From positions 1,472,001 through 1,536,000 of the forward strand of contig CBDCXM010000009.1 in NCBI GenBank assembly GCA_965223855.1: a DNA stretch of 64,000 bases, read 5' to 3'. The translations under genes and the position numbers were made by a program. Shown here one piece after another: positions 18,215-27,662 of this stretch (position 1 is its first letter; every line of letters begins with the position of its first letter). The notes under the pieces were generated by a model. It was not told the DNA's origin. It saw only the letters and a program-made list of their open reading frames with translations, and ran no database searches. The stretch comes from Candidatus Multivoradales bacterium. Lineage in GTDB: Bacteria > Acidobacteriota > Thermoanaerobaculia > Multivoradales > JAHEKO01.

Positions 18215-19657
18215 ATGAAGGCTCGTGGCAGTTGGATCTCCAGACTCGCAGGGCTGGGCCTGCTGGCGGTATCGACCGCCACCCCCCTGGGCGCTGCTCC
18301 GTGGGGGTCCGAGAGGGAGTCCCATCAACGTCTGTACGACCGGAGCGACGCACTCCTGATCGGAGTCAGCGACTACACCGACGGCTGGGAGGACCTGCCG
18401 AGCATCCCGCGCGAGCTCGACGACATCCAGACCGCGCTCCAGGCCCACGACTTCCAGGTGTGGAGGCTCGACGATCCCACCAGCGCGGAGCTCAACCAAG
18501 CCCTCGTCGACTTCGTTCGTGAGCGCGGTATCGGCTCCTACAACAAGAGGCTCCTCATCTTCTTCGCCGGGCATGGTGAGACGCTCGAGCTCGTCGACGC
18601 GCGCACCCGCGGCTACATCGTGCCCGCAGACGCGCCGCTGCCGTCGCGCGACCCCGAAGGCTTCAAGCGGATGGCGATCAGCATGGACACGATCGAGCAT
18701 CTGGCGGGGGAGATCGAAGCCAAGCACGCCCTCTTCGTGTTCGACAGCTGTTTCTCGGGCAGTCTGATCAAGGTCCGCTCGTCAGGTGCGCGACCGCCGC
18801 TTCACATCACGTCGGTGACCGACCGGCCGGTGCGGCAGTTCATCACGGCGGGAACCGACGGCCAGAAGGTGCCGGGAAAGAGCATCTTCAGCCCGCTCTT
18901 CGTGCGCGCCCTCGCCGGCGGAGCCGACAGGAACGACGACGGCTACGTCACCGGCACCGAGCTCGGCTCCTACCTCCACGAGGAGGTCGTCGATCGCTCA
19001 CACAACCTTCAGACTCCCCAGCGGGGCAAGATCCGCGACGTCGATCTCGACGAAGGGGACTTCGTGTTCGCCGTCGGCGGCGGGGTTCCCGCTCCGGAGC
19101 TGGGCGATCTGGACTACGACGCGGGCAGTCGGCGCGACGACGGCCGCTCGACCCTGACGAACCTTGCGCTCGGTCGCCCGGTGGCCGTGGATCCGGAGAG
19201 TCGGGAGGCCCATGCGGCGCACCGCCGGCTGGGATCGGAACCCCGATCCGCCTGGCAGCCGGGCGTGGAGCAACTTGCCGTCGACGGCAATCCGGGCACG
19301 GTGTGGAACGCCGGCCGATTTCCCGGGAGAACGCGCCATGGCACTTTGGCTCCAGCGTGGATCGAGATCGACCTCGGAGGGCCTCGCCAGGTGAGCGCGG
19401 TCGTCCTGACGCCTGCCTACAGCTCGGCGACGAAGAACGCCGTGCACCTCGTCTGGGGTTACCTGGCGAGCGGCACACGCAGGTTTCTCGGCGAGATTCG
19501 CGGTGAATCGCGAACCGCAGCCCCTGTGGAGATCGCGGTGGAGCCCCATCAGGGGGATGGCTTGGTCAGCGTGCGTGTCGAGACCCAGAACGTGATGTCG
19601 TGGGAGGGAGAGACCGAGTGGGTGGCGTGGTACGAGATCGAGGTGCGAGGCCGGTAG
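18215..19657 (+). CDS. Exported caspase-family protease with C-terminal F5/8 type C (discoidin)-like domain
   Basis: Signal peptide; ALLIG, FAGHG, DSCFSG, QTPQ; C-terminal NLALGRPV..AVDGN..T.W..WIEIDLG..EIEV.G. Confidence 0.85.
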   Translation: MKARGSWISRLAGLGLLAVSTATPLGAAPWGSERESHQRLYDRSDALLIGVSDYTDGWEDLPSIPRELDDIQTALQAHDFQVWRLDDPTSAELNQALVDFVRERGIGSYNKRLLIFFAGHGETLELVDARTRGYIVPADAPLPSRDPEGFKRMAISMDTIEHLAGEIEAKHALFVFDSCFSGSLIKVRSSGARPPLHITSVTDRPVRQFITAGTDGQKVPGKSIFSPLFVRALAGGADRNDDGYVTGTELGSYLHEEVVDRSHNLQTPQRGKIRDVDLDEGDFVFAVGGGVPAPELGDLDYDAGSRRDDGRSTLTNLALGRPVAVDPESREAHAAHRRLGSEPRSAWQPGVEQLAVDGNPGTVWNAGRFPGRTRHGTLAPAWIEIDLGGPRQVSAVVLTPAYSSATKNAVHLVWGYLASGTRRFLGEIRGESRTAAPVEIAVEPHQGDGLVSVRVETQNVMSWEGETEWVAWYEIEVRGR

Positions 19658-19662
19658 GTCCA

Positions 19663-20127
19663 CTAGCGTCGATCGACGCGCAGCCGCGCCTCTCGCTGGC
19701 GGGCGCAAGTATCGAGCCACGCGCGCGAGCGGGGTCGTAGCAGGAGCGTGGCGATCGCGGTCATCAGCAGCATCAGCAGGGCTGCGTGGAGGTTCCATGG
19801 CCCGCGCAGCACGATCAGAAGCGCTCGCGCTGCCAGGAAGCCGAGAACGATGTGCGCGGCGAGGCGATAGCCGCGCCGCAGGAAAACGCGGGCGCCGATC
19901 AGCACCGGCAGGAGCGCCATCGAGAGGACGGGGTTGCCCAGCCCGCCGGGGATTCGCGGTCGTCCTCGAAGCCAGAGACCCCACGGATCGCCGCCGCCGG
20001 TCCCGTCGAGCGCCGGCAAGTAGTCCAGAAGGCTCGAGCCGATCAGATACAGCCGATAGAGGATCAGAACGGCGATCAGGGCGAGGGCGGTGCGCACCGC
20101 CGGCGGGGGAGCGGGTCTGGACATCAT
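19663..20127 (-). CDS. Hypothetical membrane protein (4 TM)
   Basis: Hydrophobic helices; start MMSRPAPP after TAGACT box. Confidence 0.6.
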   Translation of the reverse strand: MMSRPAPPPAVRTALALIAVLILYRLYLIGSSLLDYLPALDGTGGGDPWGLWLRGRPRIPGGLGNPVLSMALLPVLIGARVFLRRGYRLAAHIVLGFLAARALLIVLRGPWNLHAALLMLLMTAIATLLLRPRSRAWLDTCARQREARLRVDRR

Positions 20128-20296
20128 GGTCGAGTCTACGAACACCTCGAGAGACGGTTTCACCGGCTGTCCGAAGCCGAAGCTTGGAGTGAGACCCTCC
20201 TACCCGGAAGGGTGGAGCCCCTACTCCCTGAGGCTCTAGACTGCGGGCACAACTGATCCGAGACAGGGCACGGCCGCAGGTGGCCGCGTTGCCCCA

Positions 20297-21994
20297 ATGG
20301 CGTCGTCCGCAACCACATCGCTGGCCCTCTGGCCCCTCATCGTCGGTCTCTTCGGCGGCCTGGCGCTGTTCCTCTACGGGATGGACAAGATGGCCGAGGC
20401 GCTCAAGGCGGTCGCCGGCGAGCGGATGCGTTCGATCCTCGGACGTCTGACGAGCCACCGCATCGCGGGAGCTTTGACCGGCGCCTTCGTGACCGCGATT
20501 CTGCAGTCGTCGTCGGTGACGACGGTGATGGTCGTCGGCTTCATCACCGCCAACCTGCTGACCTTCGCGCAGTCGATCGGCATCATCATGGGTGCCAACA
20601 TCGGCACGACGATCACGGCCCAGCTCCTCGCCTTCAAGACCACGGGACTCGGCCTCGTGCTGGTCGCCCTCGGCTTCGCCCTCTCTTTGCTGGGGAGAGG
20701 GGAGCGCGCCCGCCAGTACGGCGCCGGACTCATGGGCCTCGGCCTCGTCTTCTTCGGCATGACGATCATGGGCGAAGCGATGGCGCCGCTGCGCAGCTAC
20801 CCGCCCTTCATCGAGGCGATGCAGCGCATGGCGTCGCCGGCGCTCGGCATCCTCGCCGGTGCGCTTTTCACCGCAGTCGTCCAGTCGAGCTCGGCGACCA
20901 CGGCGGTCGTGATCGTCATGGCGAGCCAGGGCCTCATCTCCCTGCCCGCGGGAATCGCCCTGATCTTCGGCGCCAACGTCGGCACCTGCGTGACCGCCCT
21001 GCTGGCGACGATCGGCAAGCCGCGCGAAGCGACCAGGGCGGCGATCGCTCACGTGCTCTTCAACGTCGCAGGCGTCGTGATCTGGCTACCCTTCATCGGG
21101 CCGCTGGCCGAACTCGTCGTCGCCGTCTCTCCCGCATCGCCGCACCTCGAGGGAGCGGCGCGCCTCGCGGCCGACACGCCGCGACAGATCGCGAACGCGC
21201 ACACCGTCTTCAACGTCGGCAACACCCTGCTGCTGATCGGTTTCGTGCCGCAGCTCGCCTGGCTGATCTGCCGGCTGGTGCCCGATCGCGCGACGGTTCC
21301 CGACGAGCGCTCCCGTGCCCGCTACCTGGACGAAGAGCTGTTGGGCACCCCGGCCCTGGCTCTCGAAAGGGTGCGTTTGGAGACCCTCGGCATGGGAGAA
21401 CAGGTCGGCGAGATGCTGCGCCGGATTCTCCCCGCGGTGCTCGACGGAGATCGCCAGGATCTGCTCGAGGTCCGCGACATGGACGACGTGGTCGATGAGC
21501 TCCACGGCCAGGTCGTCACCTACCTCGGCAAGGTGAGTCAGATGGCTCTCACCGAGGCCCAGACGAGAGAGGTGCTCGACCTGATGGAGGTGGTCAACGA
21601 TCTCGAGAACATCGGCGACATCGTCGAGATGAACCTCGTGGGGCTCGGCCTCGAGCGGCTCTCACACCAGATCTCGGTGAGTCCCAGCACCCGGGAGCTG
21701 CTGACCGGGTTCCACGATGCGGTCTGCGATGCGGTCGAGGGAGCGACCCAGGCGGTGACCTTGCGCAGCGCCGAGGCGGCGGAGAACGTGACTCGGAGGA
21801 AGGGTGAGATCAATCGCCTCGCGGAAGCCGCCGCGACGCATCAGGTCGATCGTCTGGTCGCCGAAGAGCCGAACCGGCTGCCGGCCTTCAAGATCGAGAG
21901 CGACCTGCTGCAGAACCTCAAGCGGATCTACTACTTCGCGAAGCGCATGGCCCGCGCCTCGACGCGAGCGGACTCAGGGACCGCTGGAGACTGA
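20297..21994 (+). CDS. Na+/Pi cotransporter family protein with PhoU-like C-terminal domain
   Basis: Two QSSS repeats, GANIGTT and GANVGT, NDLENIGD PhoU-like region. Confidence 0.93.
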   Translation: MASSATTSLALWPLIVGLFGGLALFLYGMDKMAEALKAVAGERMRSILGRLTSHRIAGALTGAFVTAILQSSSVTTVMVVGFITANLLTFAQSIGIIMGANIGTTITAQLLAFKTTGLGLVLVALGFALSLLGRGERARQYGAGLMGLGLVFFGMTIMGEAMAPLRSYPPFIEAMQRMASPALGILAGALFTAVVQSSSATTAVVIVMASQGLISLPAGIALIFGANVGTCVTALLATIGKPREATRAAIAHVLFNVAGVVIWLPFIGPLAELVVAVSPASPHLEGAARLAADTPRQIANAHTVFNVGNTLLLIGFVPQLAWLICRLVPDRATVPDERSRARYLDEELLGTPALALERVRLETLGMGEQVGEMLRRILPAVLDGDRQDLLEVRDMDDVVDELHGQVVTYLGKVSQMALTEAQTREVLDLMEVVNDLENIGDIVEMNLVGLGLERLSHQISVSPSTRELLTGFHDAVCDAVEGATQAVTLRSAEAAENVTRRKGEINRLAEAAATHQVDRLVAEEPNRLPAFKIESDLLQNLKRIYYFAKRMARASTRADSGTAGD

Positions 21995-22005
21995 GGGAGA
22001 TCGTC

Positions 22006-23109
22006 ATGGCGAAGAAGCGACAGCGCACACGCCAGCCAAGTTGGAAGCGGATGGGCCTGACGCCGCGCATCCGCAAGTCGGTGGCGGAGTTCGTAGAGAA
22101 GCTGCCGGTCGATGAACCGGCGGAAGCGGCGCGTTCGGCCCGCCGGCAGCTCACCGGCAAGCAGGCGAAGAAGATCGTCCAGAGCGCCCTCGAGCGCTTC
22201 TTCGAGAAGCAGGAGCTGGCGCCCTACCAGGCCGAGTTGATCAAGATGCACCGGCATCTGGAGGCGCGCGGTCGCAAGCTCATCGTCCTTTTCGACGGCA
22301 GAGACGCCTCGGGGAAGGGAGGGACGATCCGGCGGGTGGTGCGCTATCTGAACGAGAAGCAGTATCGCGTCGTTGCGCTCGGCAAGCCGACCGAGGAGCA
22401 GAAGACCGAGCTCCACATGAAGCGCTACATCGAGTGCCTTCCGCACGCGGGCGAGATCGTGCTCTTTGATCGCAGTTGGTACAACCGCGCCATGATCGAG
22501 CCGGTGATGGGCTTCTGCACCGAGCCGCAGTATCGCGAGTTCATGAAGCGGGTCGTCGGCTACGAGGAGCGGATGCTGGCCGATCGCACCACGACCCTCA
22601 TCAAGCTCTACTTCTCGGTGTCGAAAGAGGAGCAGAAGCGGCGATTCGACCGCCGTCGCGACGACCCGCTTCGACAGTGGAAGCTCAGCGAGGTCGACCT
22701 CCAGGCGCAGGCGCTGTGGGACGAGTTCACGGAACGCAAGTACCACCTGCTACGCAAGACCCACACCGACAAGACGCCCTGGTACGTGATTCGCTCGGAC
22801 GACAAGCGGATTGCCCGCCGCGAGACCATCAAGCTGATCCTGAAACTCAACTCCTATCGCGGCCGCAGTCGCTCCCTGAACTTCGACCTCGACCCGGAAG
22901 TGGTGCTCACGGGGGACGAGGAGCTGCGGCTCATGCAGCGTCAGCGCCGCAGGCTTGGCCGTTTTGCGTGCGTTGATCCGGAGCGGACGCTAGCCCGCCT
23001 GCTCTACGGGATCGTCGAGCTCCAGTTCGAGGTGTCGCCGGTCTCGAACCCGTCGAGGAAGATCGTTGCACCGAAGCAGACCGAGTTGACGCAGGTGGAG
23101 AGCGAGTAG
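22006..23109 (+). CDS. ppk2: Polyphosphate kinase 2 (last ~45 aa may be artefactual)
   Basis: GRDASGKGG Walker A, FDRSWYNR, WKLS..D; 11 nt downstream of the Na/Pi transporter. Confidence 0.92.
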   Translation: MAKKRQRTRQPSWKRMGLTPRIRKSVAEFVEKLPVDEPAEAARSARRQLTGKQAKKIVQSALERFFEKQELAPYQAELIKMHRHLEARGRKLIVLFDGRDASGKGGTIRRVVRYLNEKQYRVVALGKPTEEQKTELHMKRYIECLPHAGEIVLFDRSWYNRAMIEPVMGFCTEPQYREFMKRVVGYEERMLADRTTTLIKLYFSVSKEEQKRRFDRRRDDPLRQWKLSEVDLQAQALWDEFTERKYHLLRKTHTDKTPWYVIRSDDKRIARRETIKLILKLNSYRGRSRSLNFDLDPEVVLTGDEELRLMQRQRRRLGRFACVDPERTLARLLYGIVELQFEVSPVSNPSRKIVAPKQTELTQVESE

Positions 23110-23858
23110 AAGTAGGTCTGGCCCGGCGCCAGGACGCGGCGCTGCTGAAAGCCGGCCGTGAAGTCACCGGGTCCGAAGGGGGTGCCGGTGCCGGTGAAGT
23201 CGTCGAGCGCGTTGTCGTTGAGGGCGTCGCGCACGGCCGGCCACGCCTCGACCCGATAGCCGATCCCCGGCGACGCACTGAGCCACGCCTCGGAGGTCTC
23301 GCTGGCGATCACCGTGTCCGGAGAGAACCTGATGGCGGAGTCGCCGCCGGCGCTTCCGTCGACGTCCATGTCCGCGTACGGAAAGACGGTGAGGTCGAGA
23401 TTCGAGCCGGAGATATTCGTCACGGTAAGGGCGGTGCCCAGAAACCCGCCCGAGCCGCTGACGCTGACGAAGAAGAACATCTGAGCGTCGAAGAGGCCGC
23501 GACCGTCGACGTCCGACCAGGTCAGAGTCGCCGTGTCCCCGCTGTAGCTCTCGCTGTCGGGCGGCGGCATGATCGTCTCCGCCGTGTCCCCGGCGACGCG
23601 GTACCAGAACCAGCGCGCGAACTCGTGGTCGGTGCCGATCGGCACCTCGAAGTCGGTGACGATGCCTTCCGGACCGAAGCCAGGCTGAACCCTCCAGAGG
23701 TTGGTCCCGTCGGTGATCTCCCCTCCTAAGACGACGCCCTGGGTGACCTCGCTTCGGGGGACATCACGGCGGGCGGAGAGCTCCTTGTCCTTCCCCCGGA
23801 CCGGAGCGGATACCAGCAGGATGCCGACCGTCATCGCCGTGCAGGACAGCTTCTTCAT
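23004..23858 (-). CDS. Secreted hypothetical protein with C-terminal DGFETG tail
   Basis: GGGAGG SD; signal peptide MKKLS...VRG; beta-rich body; ends IFLDGFETGDTSNWSSTIP. Confidence 0.85.
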   Translation of the reverse strand: MKKLSCTAMTVGILLVSAPVRGKDKELSARRDVPRSEVTQGVVLGGEITDGTNLWRVQPGFGPEGIVTDFEVPIGTDHEFARWFWYRVAGDTAETIMPPPDSESYSGDTATLTWSDVDGRGLFDAQMFFFVSVSGSGGFLGTALTVTNISGSNLDLTVFPYADMDVDGSAGGDSAIRFSPDTVIASETSEAWLSASPGIGYRVEAWPAVRDALNDNALDDFTGTGTPFGPGDFTAGFQQRRVLAPGQTYFYSLSTCVNSVCFGATIFLDGFETGDTSNWSSTIP

Positions 23859-24169
23859 GACTCCCTCCCGACCTCGCGGTCGTCGTTTCGGGCTGCCTGC
23901 CGGCTGCCCGTGTGGGCTCTTCGAGTGCAGGATCTCGGAGAAGGTAGCACGCCTCCGAGTGCAGTGATTTCGGCCATCCGGACGTGCTCAAGCGCCATGC
24001 ATGCACACCGGGGCAGATCATCGTTGCTCGGCTCGCGCATCGTCGTCATCACGACCCTCTACCCGAAGGAACGCGGAGCTCGAAGCTCCGGGGCCACTGT
24101 CATCGTCCCGATGTCGTCTGGGATAGTGGCGTCGGGGCCTCCGAGTGCCGGGAGGTAGCCTGGGAAAGA

Positions 24170-24598
24170 TCAGAGCCGAACGAGGTGCTCCGAGTGGGCC
24201 GCGGGTACGGCGTCGATGGGGATCGCACGATCGAATGTGACGAGTCGTCCGTCATGTCTCACCGCAAGCGCCAGGAGGTAGGCGTCGGTCACCTGGCGAG
24301 GGCCGTGGAGGCGCTCGGGTTCCAGCAGCGAGCGGTCCAGGAGACTCAGGTCGCACGGCCAGAACTCGTGGTGGTCAGTGTCCGTTGCGGTTCTCAGGCG
24401 AGCTGCCGCCTGGCTTGGAGACACCGGGCTCGGGTAGCGGGGTTGGCTGAGAACGCGCACGAAGCCGTTCTCCGTCAGGGCGCACGATGCCCAGCCGTGG
24501 GCGATCTCACCGGCGAGCCAGGTGCGCGCCGTTCGATGATCGATGTGATCGGCATCAAGCAGCGCCAGCAGGACATTGATGTCGAGCAGGGCGCGCAC
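24170..24598 (-). CDS. vapC: VapC family PIN-domain toxin
   Basis: LLDINVL, TENGFVR, QVTDAYLLALA, LVTFD. Confidence 0.92.
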   Translation of the reverse strand: MRALLDINVLLALLDADHIDHRTARTWLAGEIAHGWASCALTENGFVRVLSQPRYPSPVSPSQAAARLRTATDTDHHEFWPCDLSLLDRSLLEPERLHGPRQVTDAYLLALAVRHDGRLVTFDRAIPIDAVPAAHSEHLVRL

Positions 24599-24840
24599 TA
24601 CTCCGGCTCTTCTTCGAGCAGGCGATCGATCAGGTCGTTGGAGACGGCACTCCCGCGCCTCGGCAGCGGCTCGAAACCGTAGAAACCTTGCGGTTCGGCG
24701 ACCTCGCCTGCCGTGCGCTCGCCGATCAGGCCTTTGCGGGCCATCTCCGAAAGCACCTCCCCCGCCGAGCGACCCTCGCGACGGGCTCGTTCCCTCACAG
24801 CGTGAAGGACGTCATCGGCGATGTTCAGTGTGGTGCGCAC
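24598..24840 (-). CDS. vapB: VapB-type antitoxin (RHH)
   Basis: MRTTLNIADD N-terminus; 1-nt overlap with vapC. Confidence 0.88.
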   Translation of the reverse strand: MRTTLNIADDVLHAVRERARREGRSAGEVLSEMARKGLIGERTAGEVAEPQGFYGFEPLPRRGSAVSNDLIDRLLEEEPE

Positions 24841-24850
24841 GCATCAGATG

Positions 24851-26236
24851 CTATCGCATCACGTCCTGGCTGTCTGGGCTTCGCCTTGCTTCGTCCCAAC
24901 TGCCGTCGCGCTGCCGGACCGCGAGCCCGACGATCTGTCCCTCCGAGTTCCGCTCGAAGCGCACCAGGGCGCCCGGGACGCGCGGTAGCTCGAACTCTTC
25001 GTTTCCGAGCGGGCGGAGCACGAGCTTCGGGGCGACTCTTCTGGTTCCGCTGCCCGGCTGCCGGGAGTCCGCTACGTCGATCCGTTGAAGATGGAGCTCG
25101 CCGCCGTCCAGAGTGATCCGGCGATTGCCGTAGAGGCCGACGTAGTCCTCGGCGCCTTCGAGCGGCGGTGGCGCCTCCCGCTCGACACCGAGCTCCGCGA
25201 GGGCGCGATCGAGTGCGCCCTCGGCGCTCACCTCCAGGTGGGGCGTCACTCCCGTGCCTTCCCAATCGAGGCCGGTGTGGGGATCGAACGTGCGCCCGAC
25301 GGGGAGGAAGACCTCGAAGCGTCCGCCGCCGAAGCTCTCGACTCCGCCGTAGTGACCGGCGCCGCCGGTCGCGGTTCCGACCAGGGTGGCTCGCCCGCTC
25401 GCCTTGAGCGCCAACGCCAGGTGCTCGCAGGCGGAGCCGGTACCGCCGGTGAGCACATAGACCGGCGTGGCGGTCCACGGGCCCTCCGGGTCCTGCGGGT
25501 CGGCCCAGTGGAAGCGACGCACCAACCCGTCCGGGGCCGGCTCGCGAGTCAGCGTCGCAGACTCGGAGAACACCGCGCCGCTGCTGCGCTCGGCCTCGGC
25601 GCGGGTGTCCATCGTGACGAGGTGAGTGCGCTGTCCGTAGAGGCGCGAGAAGAGGACGTCCATCACCGGCAGCGTGCCGCCGGGACAGGCGCGCAGGTCG
25701 AGGATCAGCGCCCGGGCGCCCTCGTACTCGGCGAGAAAGTCGGCCATCGCCTGCTGGCTGGCTTCGTCCCCCGGGAGCAGGTTGACGGCCACATAGGCGA
25801 CGTCGTCCGCGATCCACCGGGCACCCGAGAGCGCCTGGCCCGCCGGCATCCCGAGCGGACGTCGGCGCCGGGGCGCCTCACGCTGGTCGCCGATAGCGGT
25901 GACGCGAAGATGGGCATCCTCGTGCACTCCGTTGAGTTCGGCTTCGAACGCCGCGGCGAGCTCGGCCGGGTCGGTCATCGCGTCGTAGGCACCACCGGCG
26001 ACGCGTTCGCGCAGATGCGCCGAGTACCGGGCGCCCACTTCGGGGAAGACGTAGTTCTCCTCCAGCAGCTCCGCAAGCTCGGTCGCGCTGTTCCGGATGT
26101 CGGCGGGGTCGAGTCCGCCTGTGGGCTCCGTTGCGCCACGGCTTGGCACAGCCGCGCTGCCGACGAGCAGAAGGACGAGCAGGAGGATCCTGACCGGGCT
26201 GGGAGTGGGCGAAACGTTGGTGTCTGCAGGGGGCAT
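24851..26236 (-). CDS. S41 family peptidase (IRBP-like), secreted
   Basis: NYVFPE, DAHL, ILDLR..PGG, TGSACE, WEGTGVTP; signal peptide. Confidence 0.88.
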   Translation of the reverse strand: MPPADTNVSPTPSPVRILLLVLLLVGSAAVPSRGATEPTGGLDPADIRNSATELAELLEENYVFPEVGARYSAHLRERVAGGAYDAMTDPAELAAAFEAELNGVHEDAHLRVTAIGDQREAPRRRRPLGMPAGQALSGARWIADDVAYVAVNLLPGDEASQQAMADFLAEYEGARALILDLRACPGGTLPVMDVLFSRLYGQRTHLVTMDTRAEAERSSGAVFSESATLTREPAPDGLVRRFHWADPQDPEGPWTATPVYVLTGGTGSACEHLALALKASGRATLVGTATGGAGHYGGVESFGGGRFEVFLPVGRTFDPHTGLDWEGTGVTPHLEVSAEGALDRALAELGVEREAPPPLEGAEDYVGLYGNRRITLDGGELHLQRIDVADSRQPGSGTRRVAPKLVLRPLGNEEFELPRVPGALVRFERNSEGQIVGLAVRQRDGSWDEARRSPDSQDVMR

Positions 26237-26354
26237 GCACAGCTCCTTTCGACCGAGGTGCTCTCGGTGTGTCGGCTTCCACTCCTAGCAACGCCGCTGC
26301 ACCGGAAGCGTTCCCGTCGAGGTCGCTGGCGGGCCTGTCCGGCGAAGGCTGTCT

Positions 26355-26719
26355 CTATGGGTCTTCGGGCGGTTCCCAGAGTTCGATCTTGTTGCCCTCG
26401 GGGTCGTAGACCCAGGCGAACCTGCCGTACTCCTCGTCCTGTCGCTCATTGTCGATCGAGACGCCGGCCGCGGCGAGCCGCTCGAGGAGTCCGTCGAGAT
26501 CCCGCACTCGAAGGTTGACCATGAACTGCTGCTCGTCGCGGCCGAAGTAGTCGGTGTTGCGAGCGAACGGCGCGAAGACGGTGGCGCCCGCCTCTTGAGT
26601 CCACACGCCGCCCTGGCTGCCCTGGGCGATGCCGAAGTGCTCCTCGTACCAGCCGCAAGGCCGCTCGGATCGTCCGCGCGGAAGAACAGCCCTCCGATGC
26701 CGAGCACGTGAGAGGTCAT
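26355..26719 (-). pseudogene. VOC/glyoxalase family protein with one frameshift near 26652 (probably a sequencing error)
   Basis: MTSHVLGIGGLFFRADDP in one frame; WYEEHFG...YGRFAWVYDPEGNKIELWEP in another; 365 nt total, one base short. Confidence 0.85.
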
Positions 26720-26738
26720 GGGGGAGTTATAGCAGGGT

Positions 26739-27644
26739 CTATCGCGAGGCCCGGTCGCAGCGAAAACTCGTCCCGTCGCGTTCGAAGGACTCCTCGCCGG
26801 TCGGCGGCCGCAGCGCGCCGCGCCAGTCGCGGTACCAGGTCTCGGGATCTTCGTCGCTGCGATAGTCGGCCGAGAACGAACTCCAGTCGGCGGCGAAGTC
26901 GAGCACGATGTCGCCCTCGCCGTCGTCATCGAACCAGCGGCCGGTGAAGCGGTGCCCGTCGAGAGTACCGGCAATGCGGCCCGCCACGTTGCGGGGGGCG
27001 ATCGAGTAGTACCCCGTCAGCTGGGCAAGAGAGCCGTGGGCAGGAGAGCTCAGTTCGCCGGCGAACCGCAGGTCGAATTCGCCGTGAGGCGTGCAGTAGC
27101 GCAAGATCCGCGCGGCGGGCTCCGCTGCCGGCCGGCGCCGGGTGGGTGTCCGGCCTACGACGGTCCACGTCCGGCCTTCGTCCCCGGACCGCTCGTCGAG
27201 CACCACGAACGAGTCCGGGCCGATCTCGGTGGCCCGCAGTCGCTTGCGCTCCGCGCCCTCGTCCCCGAGCCGCTCGAAGAGCACGTCCTCGCCGTCGGCG
27301 CGCCAGCGGTAGCGGGCGCTGCCGCCGTGACTGAAGAGCAGGGTCTCGTGCAGCTCACCCGATCCGGGATCGATCGCTGCCAGCGAGACGAAGCCGAGGC
27401 TCCCGTCCGCGCTCTCGAAGCGCTGGCTCACACCGCAGCCGCCGGCGACGGGTACGACGACGAGGGTGCCGAGTGTCTCCTCTTCCTCGGCTCCCTGGAA
27501 CTCGGTCCAGGTGCCGATGAACGGCCGGGTGAGCGCGCCGACGGTGTCCTCGCAGCCGGTCTCGGCGAGCGCCTCCGCAGCTGCGGGGCCGAGACCGGCG
27601 ACGACCAGCCAGGCGAGACAGAGCGTGCTCGGGCGCTTTCTCAT
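26739..27644 (-). CDS. Secreted hypothetical protein (two beta-rich domains)
   Basis: Signal peptide; FIGTW-type beta-barrel start; no family recognised. Confidence 0.65.
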   Translation of the reverse strand: MRKRPSTLCLAWLVVAGLGPAAAEALAETGCEDTVGALTRPFIGTWTEFQGAEEEETLGTLVVVPVAGGCGVSQRFESADGSLGFVSLAAIDPGSGELHETLLFSHGGSARYRWRADGEDVLFERLGDEGAERKRLRATEIGPDSFVVLDERSGDEGRTWTVVGRTPTRRRPAAEPAARILRYCTPHGEFDLRFAGELSSPAHGSLAQLTGYYSIAPRNVAGRIAGTLDGHRFTGRWFDDDGEGDIVLDFAADWSSFSADYRSDEDPETWYRDWRGALRPPTGEESFERDGTSFRCDRASR

Positions 27645-27662
27645 CTTCCGGAGAAATCCCGG

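Noticed and set aside
4520-19657. Caspases as part of an anti-phage (gasdermin/CRISPR/CBASS) system
   Set aside because: Both carry signal peptides, and no gasdermin, NLR/STAND, cyclase or Cas gene is adjacent
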